DNA of 64,000 nt from Saprolegnia diclina VS20 (taxonomy: Eukaryota): assembly GCF_000281045.1 (NCBI RefSeq), contig NW_008246069.1:168122-232121 (forward strand). The letters run 5' to 3'. Both the position numbers and the translations under genes were made by a program. Under the pieces are notes generated by a model. The model was not told where the DNA came from. It searched no databases and worked only from the letters and a program-made list of their open reading frames with translations. Of this stretch, positions 36,579-47,894 are shown in pieces (position 1 is the first letter of the stretch; every line of letters starts with the position of its first letter).

Positions 36579-36850
36579 ATGTGCGTCACCCGACGCTTTG
36601 TCGTGTCACATCTTGCTGTTCTTTGTGTTCATGCGGACGTTCCACCCGTGTCGCCAGCGCCATTGAATGCTGTGCGCACGCAGCGGCCCGCCCGACTGCA
36701 CAAGCTCCTTCTCCTGGCGTCGTTTGTGTTCTCCTGCCACGTCGCCCTGGCGGTCCAGGTATATTTTCGACAAGCATATCATCGACTCTACCTCTTGTGC
36801 GCAGCCTATCAAGGTGTACTTGTCCGAAAACATTTTGTCGTCCCAAAAAG
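36579..36850 (+). pseudogene. Truncated 5' relic of membrane family copy 4
   Basis: LHKLLLLASFVFSCHVALAVQ|intron|PIKVYLSE, after which homology stops. Confidence 0.65.
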
Positions 36851-37057
36851 ACCATCCCTTGCTTTGTCTTGTCGCGGCATTCTGCAATGAAGCGTATCCA
36901 ACTGAAGAATCTCCTCGTCCAAACGATAGGTTCTTAGAGGGGTTAGTAGAGAAGACTACGCGAAGCCTTTTGCGTTTTGAATAATGCATTGGTGCATCAG
37001 AGTTGGTGTGCTCAGCACGTGCAGTTATACAGTTTGGATTTACCTCCACATTGTGGC

Positions 37058-38787
37058 TTAAAAAGGTATGTACCGAGTGCGTCGATCGGGCGGCGTATAC
37101 TGCGTGTGCGTTGTGTTGGCCGACGCAAAAACACCATTTTGAACGCAGCGCACGCCCAGGTCCTTGGCCTTGAGCGTCGCCACATCTTCTTCTTCATCAC
37201 TGCTGTCGCTATGCTTCCGATATCGGCGGTGGCGGTTGTTGTCATCGCTCTCTTCGCTGTCCTCGTCATCGCTCTCTTCGTTGTCCGTCATATCCAGCGT
37301 CACATTTTCGGTGGTTGCCAAGGCCGCCACACAAGCACAACGAGCCAAGCCCAACAGTGCGTTCTTTCTGAGGTCGATTGTCACGGCGTGCGGCGGTCGA
37401 AGCTGCGCGAGTGACGCCGCCAGCATCATCACACGAGCCTTGCCTTGGCGTAGGAGTGCACAACGCAACGGGCTCTGCCACCCCGAGAAGACGTACAAGG
37501 CCGAACGCCATTGCTCGCGGGCGCCAAGTCTCACGAACGACGCAACGAGAGACGTGCCGCAGCGAGTGAGCCAGATCGGTAGTACGTGGCTGAGCGCTTT
37601 GATTTGGCGCGTCGAAAGCTTGGAGAGTCGAAGGTTGAGCGTCTGCAGCGTTGTGGTCGTGCGCAAGATCGACACGAGCGATGCAAATGCCGAGGATGAA
37701 AACGACCCGCTGGTCAAGTGGAGGTGGCCGAGCTTGTGCAACTCGATGGGTAGCTCGGCGTCGAGGCTGCCGCCGTGAATTTTGAGGTCTTTCAAATAAG
37801 GCATGGTCCCGGTGGCCGCCACCAAGGCATCGACGTTGCCGATGGCGACCCCGCGAGCTCGAGCACACGCAAGCGCGCACCTTGCAGTATCGACGCCCAC
37901 CTTGATCGATGCACTGGTCGCCACAGAAAGTTGCCGATTTGGAGCGTTGTTAACCGGCGTGGCATGTCGAACCGTGGCGGGTACTTGGCGGCCAGCAGTA
38001 TCGCTTCGATCGTATCTACGTCCAGCAAGCGAAGCGAGCTCAACGTTTTGGACTGGAAGAGTGCTGCTACAATGAAGCGCCCGCCTTCCACCGAGCAGTT
38101 GACGCCTTCCAAGACCATCGAGGTAACATGAGCTTGCTTGAGCCAGTCATAAAAGCACTTCGTATTGTGCAGCGACGGCGCCGCCGACTGAGAAGCTGTC
38201 GACTCGAGGTGGAGGTGCTCCAAGAAAGGCCACACATTGCGTATCATGTCCACAAAGGTGTGAAGCGCAGCGTCGTTGAGAACAGCCCATCGTACATGCG
38301 CGCGACGCACGTTCCGACATGCGGCGAGCGCTCGATAGATGGTCTCGTGGGCCGAGGGCGGAATGTCGATCGTCACCTCCATGACGCTCAACGAATGTGT
38401 CGTGAGCGCGCTTTGTACAGTTCGAGCGGGTCGTGGGGAATCGTCGTTGTCCCAAAAGCTACTCGTGTCTTCGACAACAACCGACACGGTGGAGGGCAAG
38501 CGCAAGCTACAGGTGTCGCTCGACTGCGTGAGGCGGATCGCATTGATGGCTGGCAGTGCTCGCTGCAGCACAGAATACGCCGTCGTGGGCACATACAAGA
38601 GACGGAGCTCGGGCCACAGCGCGTGGTGGAAGGCTGTGGGCAGAATGTCGATGAGCTCGAGGAGTGCAACGAGAGCGTCGTCAAGAGCGCGTCTGGGCAG
38701 CGCATGCAAAAAGCTCGTTACGTCGACCAGTGACGCAATACGACGCGTGATCTCGAGCGCGACGGCCGGATGCTCCCACGCTGACAT
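37058..38787 (-). pseudogene. F-box-like/RNI-type LRR protein, copy A, with a single frameshift
   Basis: Colinear with 48658-50334 (WEHPAVALEITR...LWPEL...LTTLQI). The frame switches at a G-run near 37850, which could be a sequencing error. Confidence 0.7.
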
Positions 38788-39078
38788 TGCCTGCTGCGTG
38801 GCAAAAGGCAAAATGGTGTGGACTTTCTTCAAGCGCTCTTGTGATTGGTTCAAGCCAGAACGGCTCGACCAATCAAACGTGGTCGTCAAGATTTGCACTG
38901 AGTGTGGCAGCGGTGGATAAAAATTATCAAGATGCAACGTACCGTAGCATCTTGAAGGGCAGACAGTCCTGTGTGAGGTAGTGTGTGAGGTGATATCTGC
39001 AGCCAATAGCCTTGTGGAACAACGATACCCAAGAGCAAGACCTGCTGTATGTAATTTTGGGTGTGGAGCTCGCAACGC

Positions 39079-39178
39079 GGACCAGTCTTCCATGAAGAAT
39101 TCGGCAATGCAGTGGTGCTTGAATATTGGAGGGTCAGGTGCAAGGGAATAAATGCGAGCAGTAACGTCAAGTTCCTAC
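39079..39178. repeat. ~100-bp direct repeat (second copy 40218-40316), upstream flank of LRR genes
   Basis: ggaccagtcttccatgaagaa...gaatattggagggtcaggtgcaagggaataaatgcgagcagtaacgtcaagt is present at both positions. Confidence 0.9.
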
Positions 39179-39257
39179 TGTAGCCATGCAAAAGTGTTCC
39201 TTCACCCGCAACCTTGCCCCCCGCCAGTGTCCCTGGTGCTGTAGAAGCACATCGGCA

Positions 39258-39779
39258 TTTTATTGGCTCTCTTGCTGTGAATTTAGACCAATCATATGCG
39301 AGTAGGATATAATCAGCGGGCGCTCGCTGGAACGAGGCCATCAGGTCGACCAAATGCATTTCAAAATGGAATCGCTCAAACTTGGCAGGAAGATAAAGGA
39401 CACTTGGGAGACCACGAAATGCTACGCCACGTCGACGTGCAAGCTATATAGCAAGAGTTATGGGTCGGAATCTTAATTGTGGCAGACGCCACTTATCACC
39501 TGATATACCATAAATAAACTCATTAAAATCTAGATATGGCATATGCCATTATTAAGATTTCAGTCCATAACTCTTGTTTTATAGCTTGCACGTCGACGTG
39601 GCGTAGCATTCCGTGGTCTCCCAAGTGTCCTTTATCTTCCTGCTAAGTCTGAGCGATTCCATTTTGAAATGCATTTGGTCGATCTGATGGCCTCGGTCCG
39701 ACGGCTCCAACGAGCGCTCGGCGACGATTTCCTACTCGCATATGATTGGTCTAAACTCGCAACAAAAGAGCCAATAAAA
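39258..39779. repeat. Long inverted repeat (foldback): arms ~39258-39491 and ~39537-39779, 45-nt spacer
   Basis: Arms are reverse complements with scattered mismatches and one small indel (e.g. ggaagataaaggacacttgggagaccacg / cgtggtctcccaagtgtcctttatcttcc). Confidence 0.92.
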
Positions 39780-39809
39780 GACTTGATCACAAAACGTCGG
39801 TCAAGATTG

Positions 39810-40117
39810 TCATTGGGACCTAAAGACGTTTGGCGCCAGCGACTGCAGACCCAGCGACGTGGCAAATGCACCAAGAGTGTCTTGAACGTCGTCGTCTCCA
39901 CGGGTCTCGTCGCCTTCATTGTCTTGGAGGTCGAGCGTCACGTTCTCGCTCAACGCCAAGGCCATGACACAGGCGCGTCGAGCGAGGCTCGAGAGGCGAT
40001 TACCGCGCAGCTGTATAATCGCCGCATGTGTACATTGCAGCTGTGTGATCATCGACGCCAGCAGCCGCACACGGACAAGCCCTCGCGCCAGTAGCTTCCA
40101 CCGCAACGGACTCTTGG
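39810..40117 (-). pseudogene. LRR family copy B, C-terminal part (remainder in N-gap; status unknown)
   Basis: KSPLRWKLLARGLVRV...IQLRGNRLSSLARRACVMALALSENVTLDLQDNE is homologous to the C-termini of the other copies. Confidence 0.7.
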
Positions 40118-40721
40118 NNNNNNNNNNNNNNNNNNNNNNNNNNNNNNNNNNNNNNNNNNNNNNNNNNNNNNNNNNNNNNNNNNNNNNNNNNNNNNNNNNN
40201 NNNNNNNNNNNNNNNNNGGACCAGTCTTCCATGAAGAAATTGGACAATGTAGTGGTGCTCGAATATTGGAGGGTCAGGTGCAAGGGAATAAATGCGAGCA
40301 GTAACGTCAAGTACTTCTAAAAACGACCCACTAACTCGCCTCCCCAACCCGGAACAGGTGGGACGACCGGGAGCTGTGATTGGTCAGAGTTGGGTAATTG
40401 CGACACGCCACTTCGACTTCGAAAGCGAAGTTTTGTAATAAAATGCCCTCATCACCACCGCCAGCTAACCATCTTCCCTGCACACCCCACCCCGTTTCCC
40501 CGGACGTGAGACGACCTAGCGGTTCTTTACAATCCCCTCTACCCCTCCACCCTTTCCCCGACAGCTTAGGAGCTAGCGTGCGGCAACCATCTATCTCCAA
40601 ACCCAACAACTTTTTACCTTTGTCCCTTTTGGTTGCGGAATATTATTACTACGACATCTGTTCCGGGTTGGGGAGGCGCGTTAACAGTTCCTCTTCTAAA
40701 AGAACAACTTTGCCGTTTGCG

Positions 40722-41399
40722 ATGGACCTCTACGACGGCATGGAGCCTCAGGCGGGCGTTGAGCAACGCGGCGTCGCGGCTACCATTCGCCAGCTCGACG
40801 ACAACACTAAAACGACACGTGGCAAACCGCTCTTGCAGAAGCGCGAACGAAAGTTTCTCAACAAGACATTTCTGCACAACAAGTCGGTCGAGTACAACCC
40901 GGACGTGAATGACCGACTGACATCAATGGCGCGGCGCTGCGGTGTTGCGTCCGACAACGTCGGTCGAGACGGTAGTTGTCGACGCTCCGAATCGGATGCA
41001 GGTCACAATACGGCAGTCGACAACCTCGGTACCATGTTCGCGGTCGCTGGTGCCATCGGCGCCCTCGGTTCTGCCGCATACGGGGCTTACAACTCGTATC
41101 AAAAAGCACAGCGCCAACGCGAGCTTGAACGGAAGCGTGAGCTTGAACGGCAGCGCGAGCTTGAGCGTCAGCGTGAGCTTGAACGCCAACGCGAACTTGA
41201 ACGTCAGCGACACAAGACACTGCAGCTGGTTGCACTCGCCGCCCTTTACGTGCTCGGAAACTGGTTCTGGTGCCTCAGCTTTGCGAGGTGCGTGCTTGTC
41301 GGCAGCATTGTCTGCAGTCTTCTGACCCCGTCGTACGCTGCTCATACCATGCCTGTCGCTGCGTGCACTCTTATCCTCTGGTGCTTTGGATGGATCTAG
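40722..41399 (+). CDS. Family X copy 1: helical N-domain, RELERQ repeats, C-terminal hydrophobic segments
   Basis: Intronless ORF from ATG 40722 (MDLYDGMEPQAGVEQRGVAA); clear paralog at 44548. Confidence 0.8.
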   Translation: MDLYDGMEPQAGVEQRGVAATIRQLDDNTKTTRGKPLLQKRERKFLNKTFLHNKSVEYNPDVNDRLTSMARRCGVASDNVGRDGSCRRSESDAGHNTAVDNLGTMFAVAGAIGALGSAAYGAYNSYQKAQRQRELERKRELERQRELERQRELERQRELERQRHKTLQLVALAALYVLGNWFWCLSFARCVLVGSIVCSLLTPSYAAHTMPVAACTLILWCFGWI

Positions 41400-41920
41400 C
41401 TGCTCACTTGCAGCGCTGCGCTCACCATGGCACGGCCGTTGGAACCCAACGACGTTGGGGTGCTTCTACGGCCACTTAGTCTGACGTATATACTTTCTAC
41501 CGAGTTCACAAGGCGTTCGTCCATACAAACGGTGTGTCCAATTTGAAATAGCGTCTCCTCGTGTTGCCTTGAAGACTGAGACCTCCGGCGAATCGCTTCC
41601 AAGTCGATCGCAGGGAAGATTTCCAATGTCAAAGGCCGAGTGCGTTTGGGACATCGAATGTAGTGGTGCCCTGCGTGCCGTGGAGGGCGAGACGGTTTTG
41701 GCTTTGTGCTACGAGTGGCAACTCGGGCTCGGGTGCTGGTTGGTTGCTTGCATGTCTTGACGATTGAGCCTCCTCGTAAACCCCGCTGCTGACTACTAGT
41801 ACTTGGAAATGGTCCATTCGGCATGGGAATGATGGCTGAATGTTGCAGGATTAGGTTAGCTGTACATGGTAGGTGCCGAAATGAATTTTTCTTTCTTTAT
41901 ATATGAATTTCACAATTGCG

Positions 41921-42100
41921 AGCTTGCTCAGGAGGCAATGGGCGTAATGCCTTCATTACTGCCAAGACCTCGGGTGAGGTGAGGCGGGTTGCTCAGTTGG
42001 AGTCGAGATCTAGAATGCTAGCTCTACGACGGTTCGCAAGATACGTCCCTTTGTGAAAAGGTCGTTTCGACTTCCTACGCGCGCAAAACACCCAAAATTC
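41921..42100. repeat. Dispersed degenerate repeat, copy 2
   Basis: Aligns with 161-340 and lies where the 5' end of family X copy 2 is missing. Confidence 0.8.
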
Positions 42101-42149
42101 GTTCATCACCATCGGAGTTTTGGTGCAGTCTTCGACAAGCCCGACAAGC

Positions 42150-42500
42150 TCGACTCGACGATAATGCCATGAAGACATGTGGCAATTCGCTCTTGGCGCG
42201 AGGCGACCGACAATTTCTTAACCAAGTCATTCACGACGCGTCGGACGAGTACAGCCCAGCTGTGAAGGCCCGCCTAACGTCACTGGCGACGCGCTACGGT
42301 GTCGCGACCGAGAATATCGATCGCGATGCTCGTCCTCGACCTTCTGAAGCGGTCAACAAAACGGCGGCGGGCTCAAGCGGCCTCTCTTCCCTGTTCATGA
42401 TGGCGGGTGCGCTGGGTGCACTCGGCTTCGCAGCGTTCAAGGCGTACAACGCGTATGAAGAGAACGAACGCGACAAACCTCGCGACCGGGATAAGGACAG
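42150..42500 (+). pseudogene. Family X copy 2, truncated at both ends
   Basis: LDDNAMKTCGNSLLARGDRQFLNQVIHD...RLTSLATRYGV...AGALGALGFAAFKAYN matches copies 1 and 3. The MDxxDGME start and the TM tail are absent. Confidence 0.75.
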
Positions 42501-42569
42501 CCAAGGAGGCACCGATGGACACTATTCGATTGACGAAGATGATCTTGACCAAACAGCAAAATTGCGACG

Positions 42570-43304
42570 TGCCAAGTTCATCAATGTGATCGTGATCGTC
42601 GTCGTCTCCACGCCGCCTTGATACATAGCTTCATCGTGTTGCCGGTCGAGCGTCACGTTCACACTCAACGCCAACGCCATACAGGCGCGTCGAGCGAGCT
42701 TCGAGAGACGATTACCGCGCAGATGTATCGTCACTGCGTGTGTACATTGCAGCTGTGTGAACGTCGATGTCAGCAGCAGCACACGGATAAGCCCTCGCGC
42801 CAGCAGCTTCCACCGCAACGGACTCATGGACCCAGATAGGGCATATATCAGTCTTGTGCACATACAAGAGCTCGGACGGTTTCGTTTGAAACACACCCGA
42901 CGGCTTGCACTCCTCTGTCGGGCGGTCCGAGTACAGGAGCCTGCGTACGACCTCGCGCGAGCTATGACTCGGCGAGTGGGGTCCACCACGGGATGGATCT
43001 CTTCGTACGCCGCTCACTCCCAACGACCAAGTGCTGGAGCCAACTCCCACGCATTCAGGCGTAGCGCTACGTATGCGAAGTCTTTGTGTCATAATGAAGA
43101 TAACGCGGAACACGTTCATAATAATAATACAAGAGACAGACCTCGGGCCACAACGCGCAGTGAAAGGCGATGAGCTCGAGGAGCGCCATGAAAGCGTCGT
43201 CGGTGGCGCTTCGAGCAGCGCGCGAAGGAAGCTCGTGACGTCTACCACTGACGCGATTCGGCACGTGATCTGGAGCGCGACGACTGGTTGTCCCACGCCG
43301 ACAT
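42570..43304 (-). pseudogene. LRR family copy C, internally deleted relic
   Basis: Frameshifted N-terminus (ATG 43304, QPVVALQITCRIASVVDVTSFLRAL, ALWPEV) lies within ~0.3 kb of the C-terminus (SPLRWKLLARGL). Confidence 0.75.
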
Positions 43305-43322
43305 CGACTGCTACGCAGCTAA

Positions 43323-44285
43323 GGCTTCGTTCGGTTGGCCAATAATGGACTTATTTCGCCATTATTGACCCCATCCACGATTATTTTTGGAATGATCGAT
43401 TATCGTGATAATTGATAGCGTTCGGTAGGATTTTTTGGAATAAGCGCTCACAACGCCGTTATTCAAAAATTGGGGTCTGAGGAATTTCTGGTTCATTATT
43501 GCTTGGTTTTAGGATTATCCGAAACAAAGCCTCGCTGATTAGGCCTGAAAAAAGGTTGTCTCTGACAGCCACGCGTTTCTTCCATTCGACTCATTCTTCA
43601 TTTTTCGTCATGCAAGCAAGATCGTCACGAAGCGCGGCGGCCATGGCTGCATGTACTCGTTGCGCTCCTCTATGAACCCATCCCATGTCCTTCATCCATC
43701 CAGACAGAGACCACGTCTACTGCGAGCTACTCGAGGCTTGTAGCGAGGCGCGCTGGGCGCAGGTAGCGGGCAGGGCGCATGCAGCGATCTCGATCTTATT
43801 GCGCGCGTGGAGGAGTGAGGTCTTCGTCTACTGTATCTAGTGGCCGCAAGGTTGGCGCAGGACATAAGTGTTGCTCATGGCTCTCTACATCATGACCAAC
43901 AAGACGCATGCCGATGGGCGGGAGCGCTTCCAGCACGCATAAGTCGACGACGAGGGCTAGTCTCTGGACGATCGCACACACCGATATGNNNNNNNNNNNN
44001 NNNNNNNNNNNNNNNNNNNNNNNNNNNNNNNNNNNNNNNNNNNNNNNNNNNNNNNNNNNNNNNNNNNNNNNNNNNNNNNNNNNNNNNNNNNNNNNNNNNN
44101 NNNNNNNNNNNNNNNNNNNNNNNNNNNNNNNNNNNNNNNNNNNNNNNNNNNNNNNNNNNNCTTGGCGAACCGAACGAGATTTGGTCGATAATGGACCTGC
44201 AAACCCAATTCTCATATACGCAATTATCAATAATGGCGATTTCGATAATCGATTAAAAAATAATTGCCGCGAACCGAACGAAGCC
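43323..44285 (+). mobile_element. PIF/Harbinger-type DNA transposon derivative
   Basis: 14-bp TIRs GGCTTCGTTCGGTT / AACCGAACGAAGCC, TAA duplication on both sides (43320-43322, 44286-44288), subterminal repeats, and a degenerate transposase-like peptide LMALYIMTNKTHADGRERFQH. Contains an N-gap. Confidence 0.88.
43589..43606 (+). promoter_or_regulatory. Oomycete Inr+FPR core promoter motif inside the transposon
   Basis: ACTCATTCTTCATTTT fits GCTCATTYBNNNWTTY at 15 of 16 positions; ATG at 43610. Confidence 0.5.
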
Positions 44286-44547
44286 TAAATGCATGGACTT
44301 TCCTCAAGTGCGCTTGTGATGATGTGAGCCAGATTTGCTTGGCTAATCAAACGTGAGGTTTGCGCCGGCACGGTACGATCTTGGGCGACAGGTCTCTTGC
44401 CAGAGGCCCGACCGTCGCTCCCGAGCTTGTCAGCTGCGGATAAAACAGGCTCAGAGCTTTGTGGATGGTTTTCGTTTGTGCCGAAACTGTGTCATCCATT
44501 TCGGAATATGAACCAATGTGTCGGTGCATCAATATTGCTGTTTTGGG

Positions 44548-45507
44548 ATGGACCCCAACGACGGCATGGAGGCGCAGTCTGGCTACGAGCAGCGCGGCGT
44601 CGCGGCTTACATGCGCCAGCTCGACGACAACGCCAAAAAGACACGCGGCCAACCGCTCTTGGACAAAGGCGACCGACAGTTTCTCAACCAAGTCATTCAC
44701 GGCGAGTCGGACAAGTTCAACCCGGACGAGGATGTGCGACTGAGGTCAATGGCGACGCACTACGGTGTCGCGTCCGACTACGTCAATCGTGGTGCTCGTC
44801 CTCGACGCTCCGAATCGTGTACGGGCCCCAAGGCAGCATCTGATGCCCGTTTAAAAGAAGCTCTCGCTCTGGCCGCATTCCGTATGGTTGAAGCAGAGAA
44901 CAAGAAGGAGCTCGAACGCCGACGCCAGCTTGTGCGTAAACACAAGCTTGAGCTTCAAAGCGAGCTTGGGCTTCGACTTAAGCTTGAGCGGCAACTCGAG
45001 CTTGAGCGTCGGAACAAACGTGAGCGTCCGACCAAGCTTGAGCTTCGACGCGAGATTTTGCGTCTACTCGAGATGCAACGTCAACTCGAGCTTGAGCGTC
45101 ACCTCGAGCTTGAGCGTCACCTCGAGCTTGAGCGTCAACTCGAGCTTGAGCGTCAACTCGGGCCTGAGCGCCAACTCGAGCTTGAGCGTCAGCGCGAGCT
45201 TGAGAGGCAACGAATTCAGACAGAGAGACAGCAGAAACGGGCTGCACTCGTCGCTCTTCTTTGCGGGCTCGTATACCGTGTCTTCAGCGACAACCGCTTA
45301 ATGGGCTGCGTACTCGTCGACACGAGCAACTGCTACCTCGTCGGCAGGGGCGACCTCTTTTTTGGCGGCGTACTCGTCGGCAGGATTGTCTACAGGCTTT
45401 TGGCCCCGTCGTACGCTGCACGTGCAATGGCCATGGATGTGGGCGTTTTCGTGTTCTGGTGGCACTTCCCAAGCCTCGAACAGCAGACTCGCAGCACCGC
45501 GCAGTGA
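44548..45507 (+). CDS. Family X copy 3 with expanded (Q/H)LELER repeats
   Basis: MDPNDGMEAQSGYEQRGVAAYMRQLDDNAKKTRGQPLL; 18-bp repeat array; C-terminal VLVGRIVYRLLAPSYAA matches copy 1 VLVGSIVCSLLTPSYAA. Confidence 0.8.
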   Translation: MDPNDGMEAQSGYEQRGVAAYMRQLDDNAKKTRGQPLLDKGDRQFLNQVIHGESDKFNPDEDVRLRSMATHYGVASDYVNRGARPRRSESCTGPKAASDARLKEALALAAFRMVEAENKKELERRRQLVRKHKLELQSELGLRLKLERQLELERRNKRERPTKLELRREILRLLEMQRQLELERHLELERHLELERQLELERQLGPERQLELERQRELERQRIQTERQQKRAALVALLCGLVYRVFSDNRLMGCVLVDTSNCYLVGRGDLFFGGVLVGRIVYRLLAPSYAARAMAMDVGVFVFWWHFPSLEQQTRSTAQ

Positions 45508-45879
45508 CACGGTCCAGACGACGATGGGGAACCTTAACGAAACAGCAAAATACACAATCCGCTATTGCGAGCAAACGCCTTTTATGTGGACAAATCATGA
45601 TGCAGTCCAGCAGCAAAATATTTCTAGTTCGTTGTACTCGGGTGTCGCAACCACCGGCCACGCGACGTCGAATTCATCTTTTGGTACTAGTGCAATTGTA
45701 GCAACTATTGTAGCGTCAGCTGTCGCCAACAACGATACGCCGCTCTAAGCTGGCAAAAAGTCGCAGAATCAATCACACCTCACTTGCCTACTATTTCATC
45801 GTATCGATCTATCCCAGCCAGTCGATAATCACTGCGTGGGTACCATCAAGGATGCGGTGGGGATCATTCAGCGTAGTCG

Positions 45880-47496
45880 TCAGGGCGTAAAGACATTTGG
45901 CGCCAGCGACTGCAGACCCAGCGATGTGGCAAATGCACCAATGTGATCGTGATTGTCGTCATCTCCACGGGCCTCGTCGCCTTCATTGTCTTGCAGGTCG
46001 AGCGTCACGTACTCACTCAACGCCAACGCCATACAGGCGCGTCGAGCGAGCTTCGAGAGGCGATTACCGCGCAGATGTATTGTCGCCGCGTGCGTACATT
46101 GCAGTTGTGTGATCGTCGACGCCAGCAGCAGCACACGGACAAGCCCTCGCGCCAGTAGCTTCCACCGCAACGGACTCTTGGATCTAGATTAGGCATATTG
46201 GTACGACACACGCCGGTTGGCGACTTCGCCAATATCGTTGGCCGAGAGGTCCAACTCGGTCCCGCAGTGACCGAGCCACTGGGGCAGAACGCTGCACAGC
46301 GCATCGAGCTGACACATCGTCAGGTTCGTGTTACGTAAGGCAAGCGTCTGAAGCGAGTTGGTTGATTGCAAGATCGTCCCGAGTGACGTCAAGGCAGTCG
46401 GTCTCAACTCGCAGTTAACAAGGAGTTGGCACAGTCGATCCAGGGACGATGGCAAGTCATCGACGGCGCTGCGTATTGTCACGTCGTGTAGGCATGTCAA
46501 ATTGCCCACGGTCGCCAGCGCGCGCAGCGTACTCGGTATCTCGCCTTCGATCACGAGCTCCCGAAGCGCGCGTGCGCCTTGGAGCTTGACCGCCCACCTG
46601 TCGACAAAGCCAATCGGCCAGCGAGGAAGGCGAATCTGCACCGTCGTCAGTTGCTGGGCATCGCAGGGTCGTGCGCCAAGAGAATGGTGAGCGACACTGC
46701 ATTTAGGAGCCGCAGCGAGACAAGTGTCGGTGACGTCAGCAGCGCAGTCACAATGACAGACGCCGTATCCCTGAGAAACTCGATCGCTTAAATCGTGATC
46801 GACGACACGCGTGCGACGACGAGCCACCGGCAGACGCTGTCGGCGTCACCAATCAACGAGCGCATTGAGCGGCGTGCGGAGCCGAGCTGCAGGGTCTCCA
46901 GATGGGGCCACGATGATGTCATCATGGTCATCAACGCGTCAAGCGCGGCTTGGTCGACTTGTTCCCACATAAAGTTGGCGCGCGAGACGTTGGGACATGC
47001 ACGGAGCGCAGTACACAAAGCGTCGGTTTCTCCAAGGGGAATGGCGAGCGTCACGTCAATGATCTTGGTGGTGTACTCGAAGAGCGAGTTGAAGAGGTGG
47101 CTTGGGCTACGCAGGACGCCTTCCTCCAGATGCGAGCCATGGGATGTGTCGTCGACGGCCACCACCATGGTCCGTGGCAACGCGAGACGCTGCGTCCAGT
47201 ACTTGTATTGGGGGATACGGATGATCGGGATGACGGGCAGCGCCATGTGAAGAAGACCGCGGGCAGAAGAAGGCAGGGCACAGAAATGGACTTGGGGCCA
47301 GACGAGCGATGGCGCAGAAATGGACTTGGGGCCAGACGAGCGATGGCGCGACCATCTCCAAAAGCCGGAGGAGGGCGACGTGCGTGTCGTCCAAGGCCGA
47401 TGTGGAGAGGGCGAGCAAGAAATGGCGCACGTCGTTAGCCGACGCAAGGCAGCGCGTCACCTCGAACGCGATCACGGGCTGCTGGCTAACGCGCAT
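45880..47496 (-). pseudogene. LRR family copy D, near full length, multiply disrupted
   Basis: QQPVIAFEVTRC start, a 34-bp duplication causing a frameshift, in-frame stops (46788, 46189) and further frameshifts. Confidence 0.85.
47281..47348. repeat. Perfect 34-bp tandem duplication
   Basis: cagaaatggacttggggccagacgagcgatggcg x2. Confidence 0.95.
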
Positions 47497-47894
47497 CAAG
47501 TGATGGAAATTGAAGTTGAAATTAAGTTTGGTCGTCAACAACCCGACATGGGTCAATAATAAAGTATTATTAGCGAAACACGTTCATATATATATTATTG
47601 AATCCGACAACTCGCCACACCAGACGTGTTGCAGGATTGTAGGTCCCACAAAACAGCTGCTGCCAAGCCAGATGACTCGACCACATTCCATGAGCTACGC
47701 CAGACAAGTCGGCACCGCACACAAAACGCTCTAGTTCATCGGGTAGCTCAATCACAGCGCGGTATTCTCTGTAGAACCATGACAGGACGATGATGAATTG
47801 CGAGCACCGGATTGGCTCAAATCGACTCGATCCATCCTAAACAAGTCGACGGGATCGAGCCGTTGGAATCGGAAAACAAATTTCGTGTTTCGAC

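Noticed and set aside
38788..39093. N-terminal extension of ORF 37792-39093 (and of 40398-41399)
   Set aside because: Paralog alignment places the starts at ATG 38787 and 40722; the upstream in-frame sequence looks like promoter DNA.
41112..41210. Regular short repeats resembling a CRISPR array
   Set aside because: Contiguous in-frame 18-bp coding repeats without spacers, in a eukaryotic context with no cas genes.
41921..42100. Possible snRNA, SRP RNA or ribozyme identity of the dispersed repeat
   Set aside because: No diagnostic U1/U4/SRP/hammerhead motifs recognised; the substitution pattern hints at a coding relic.
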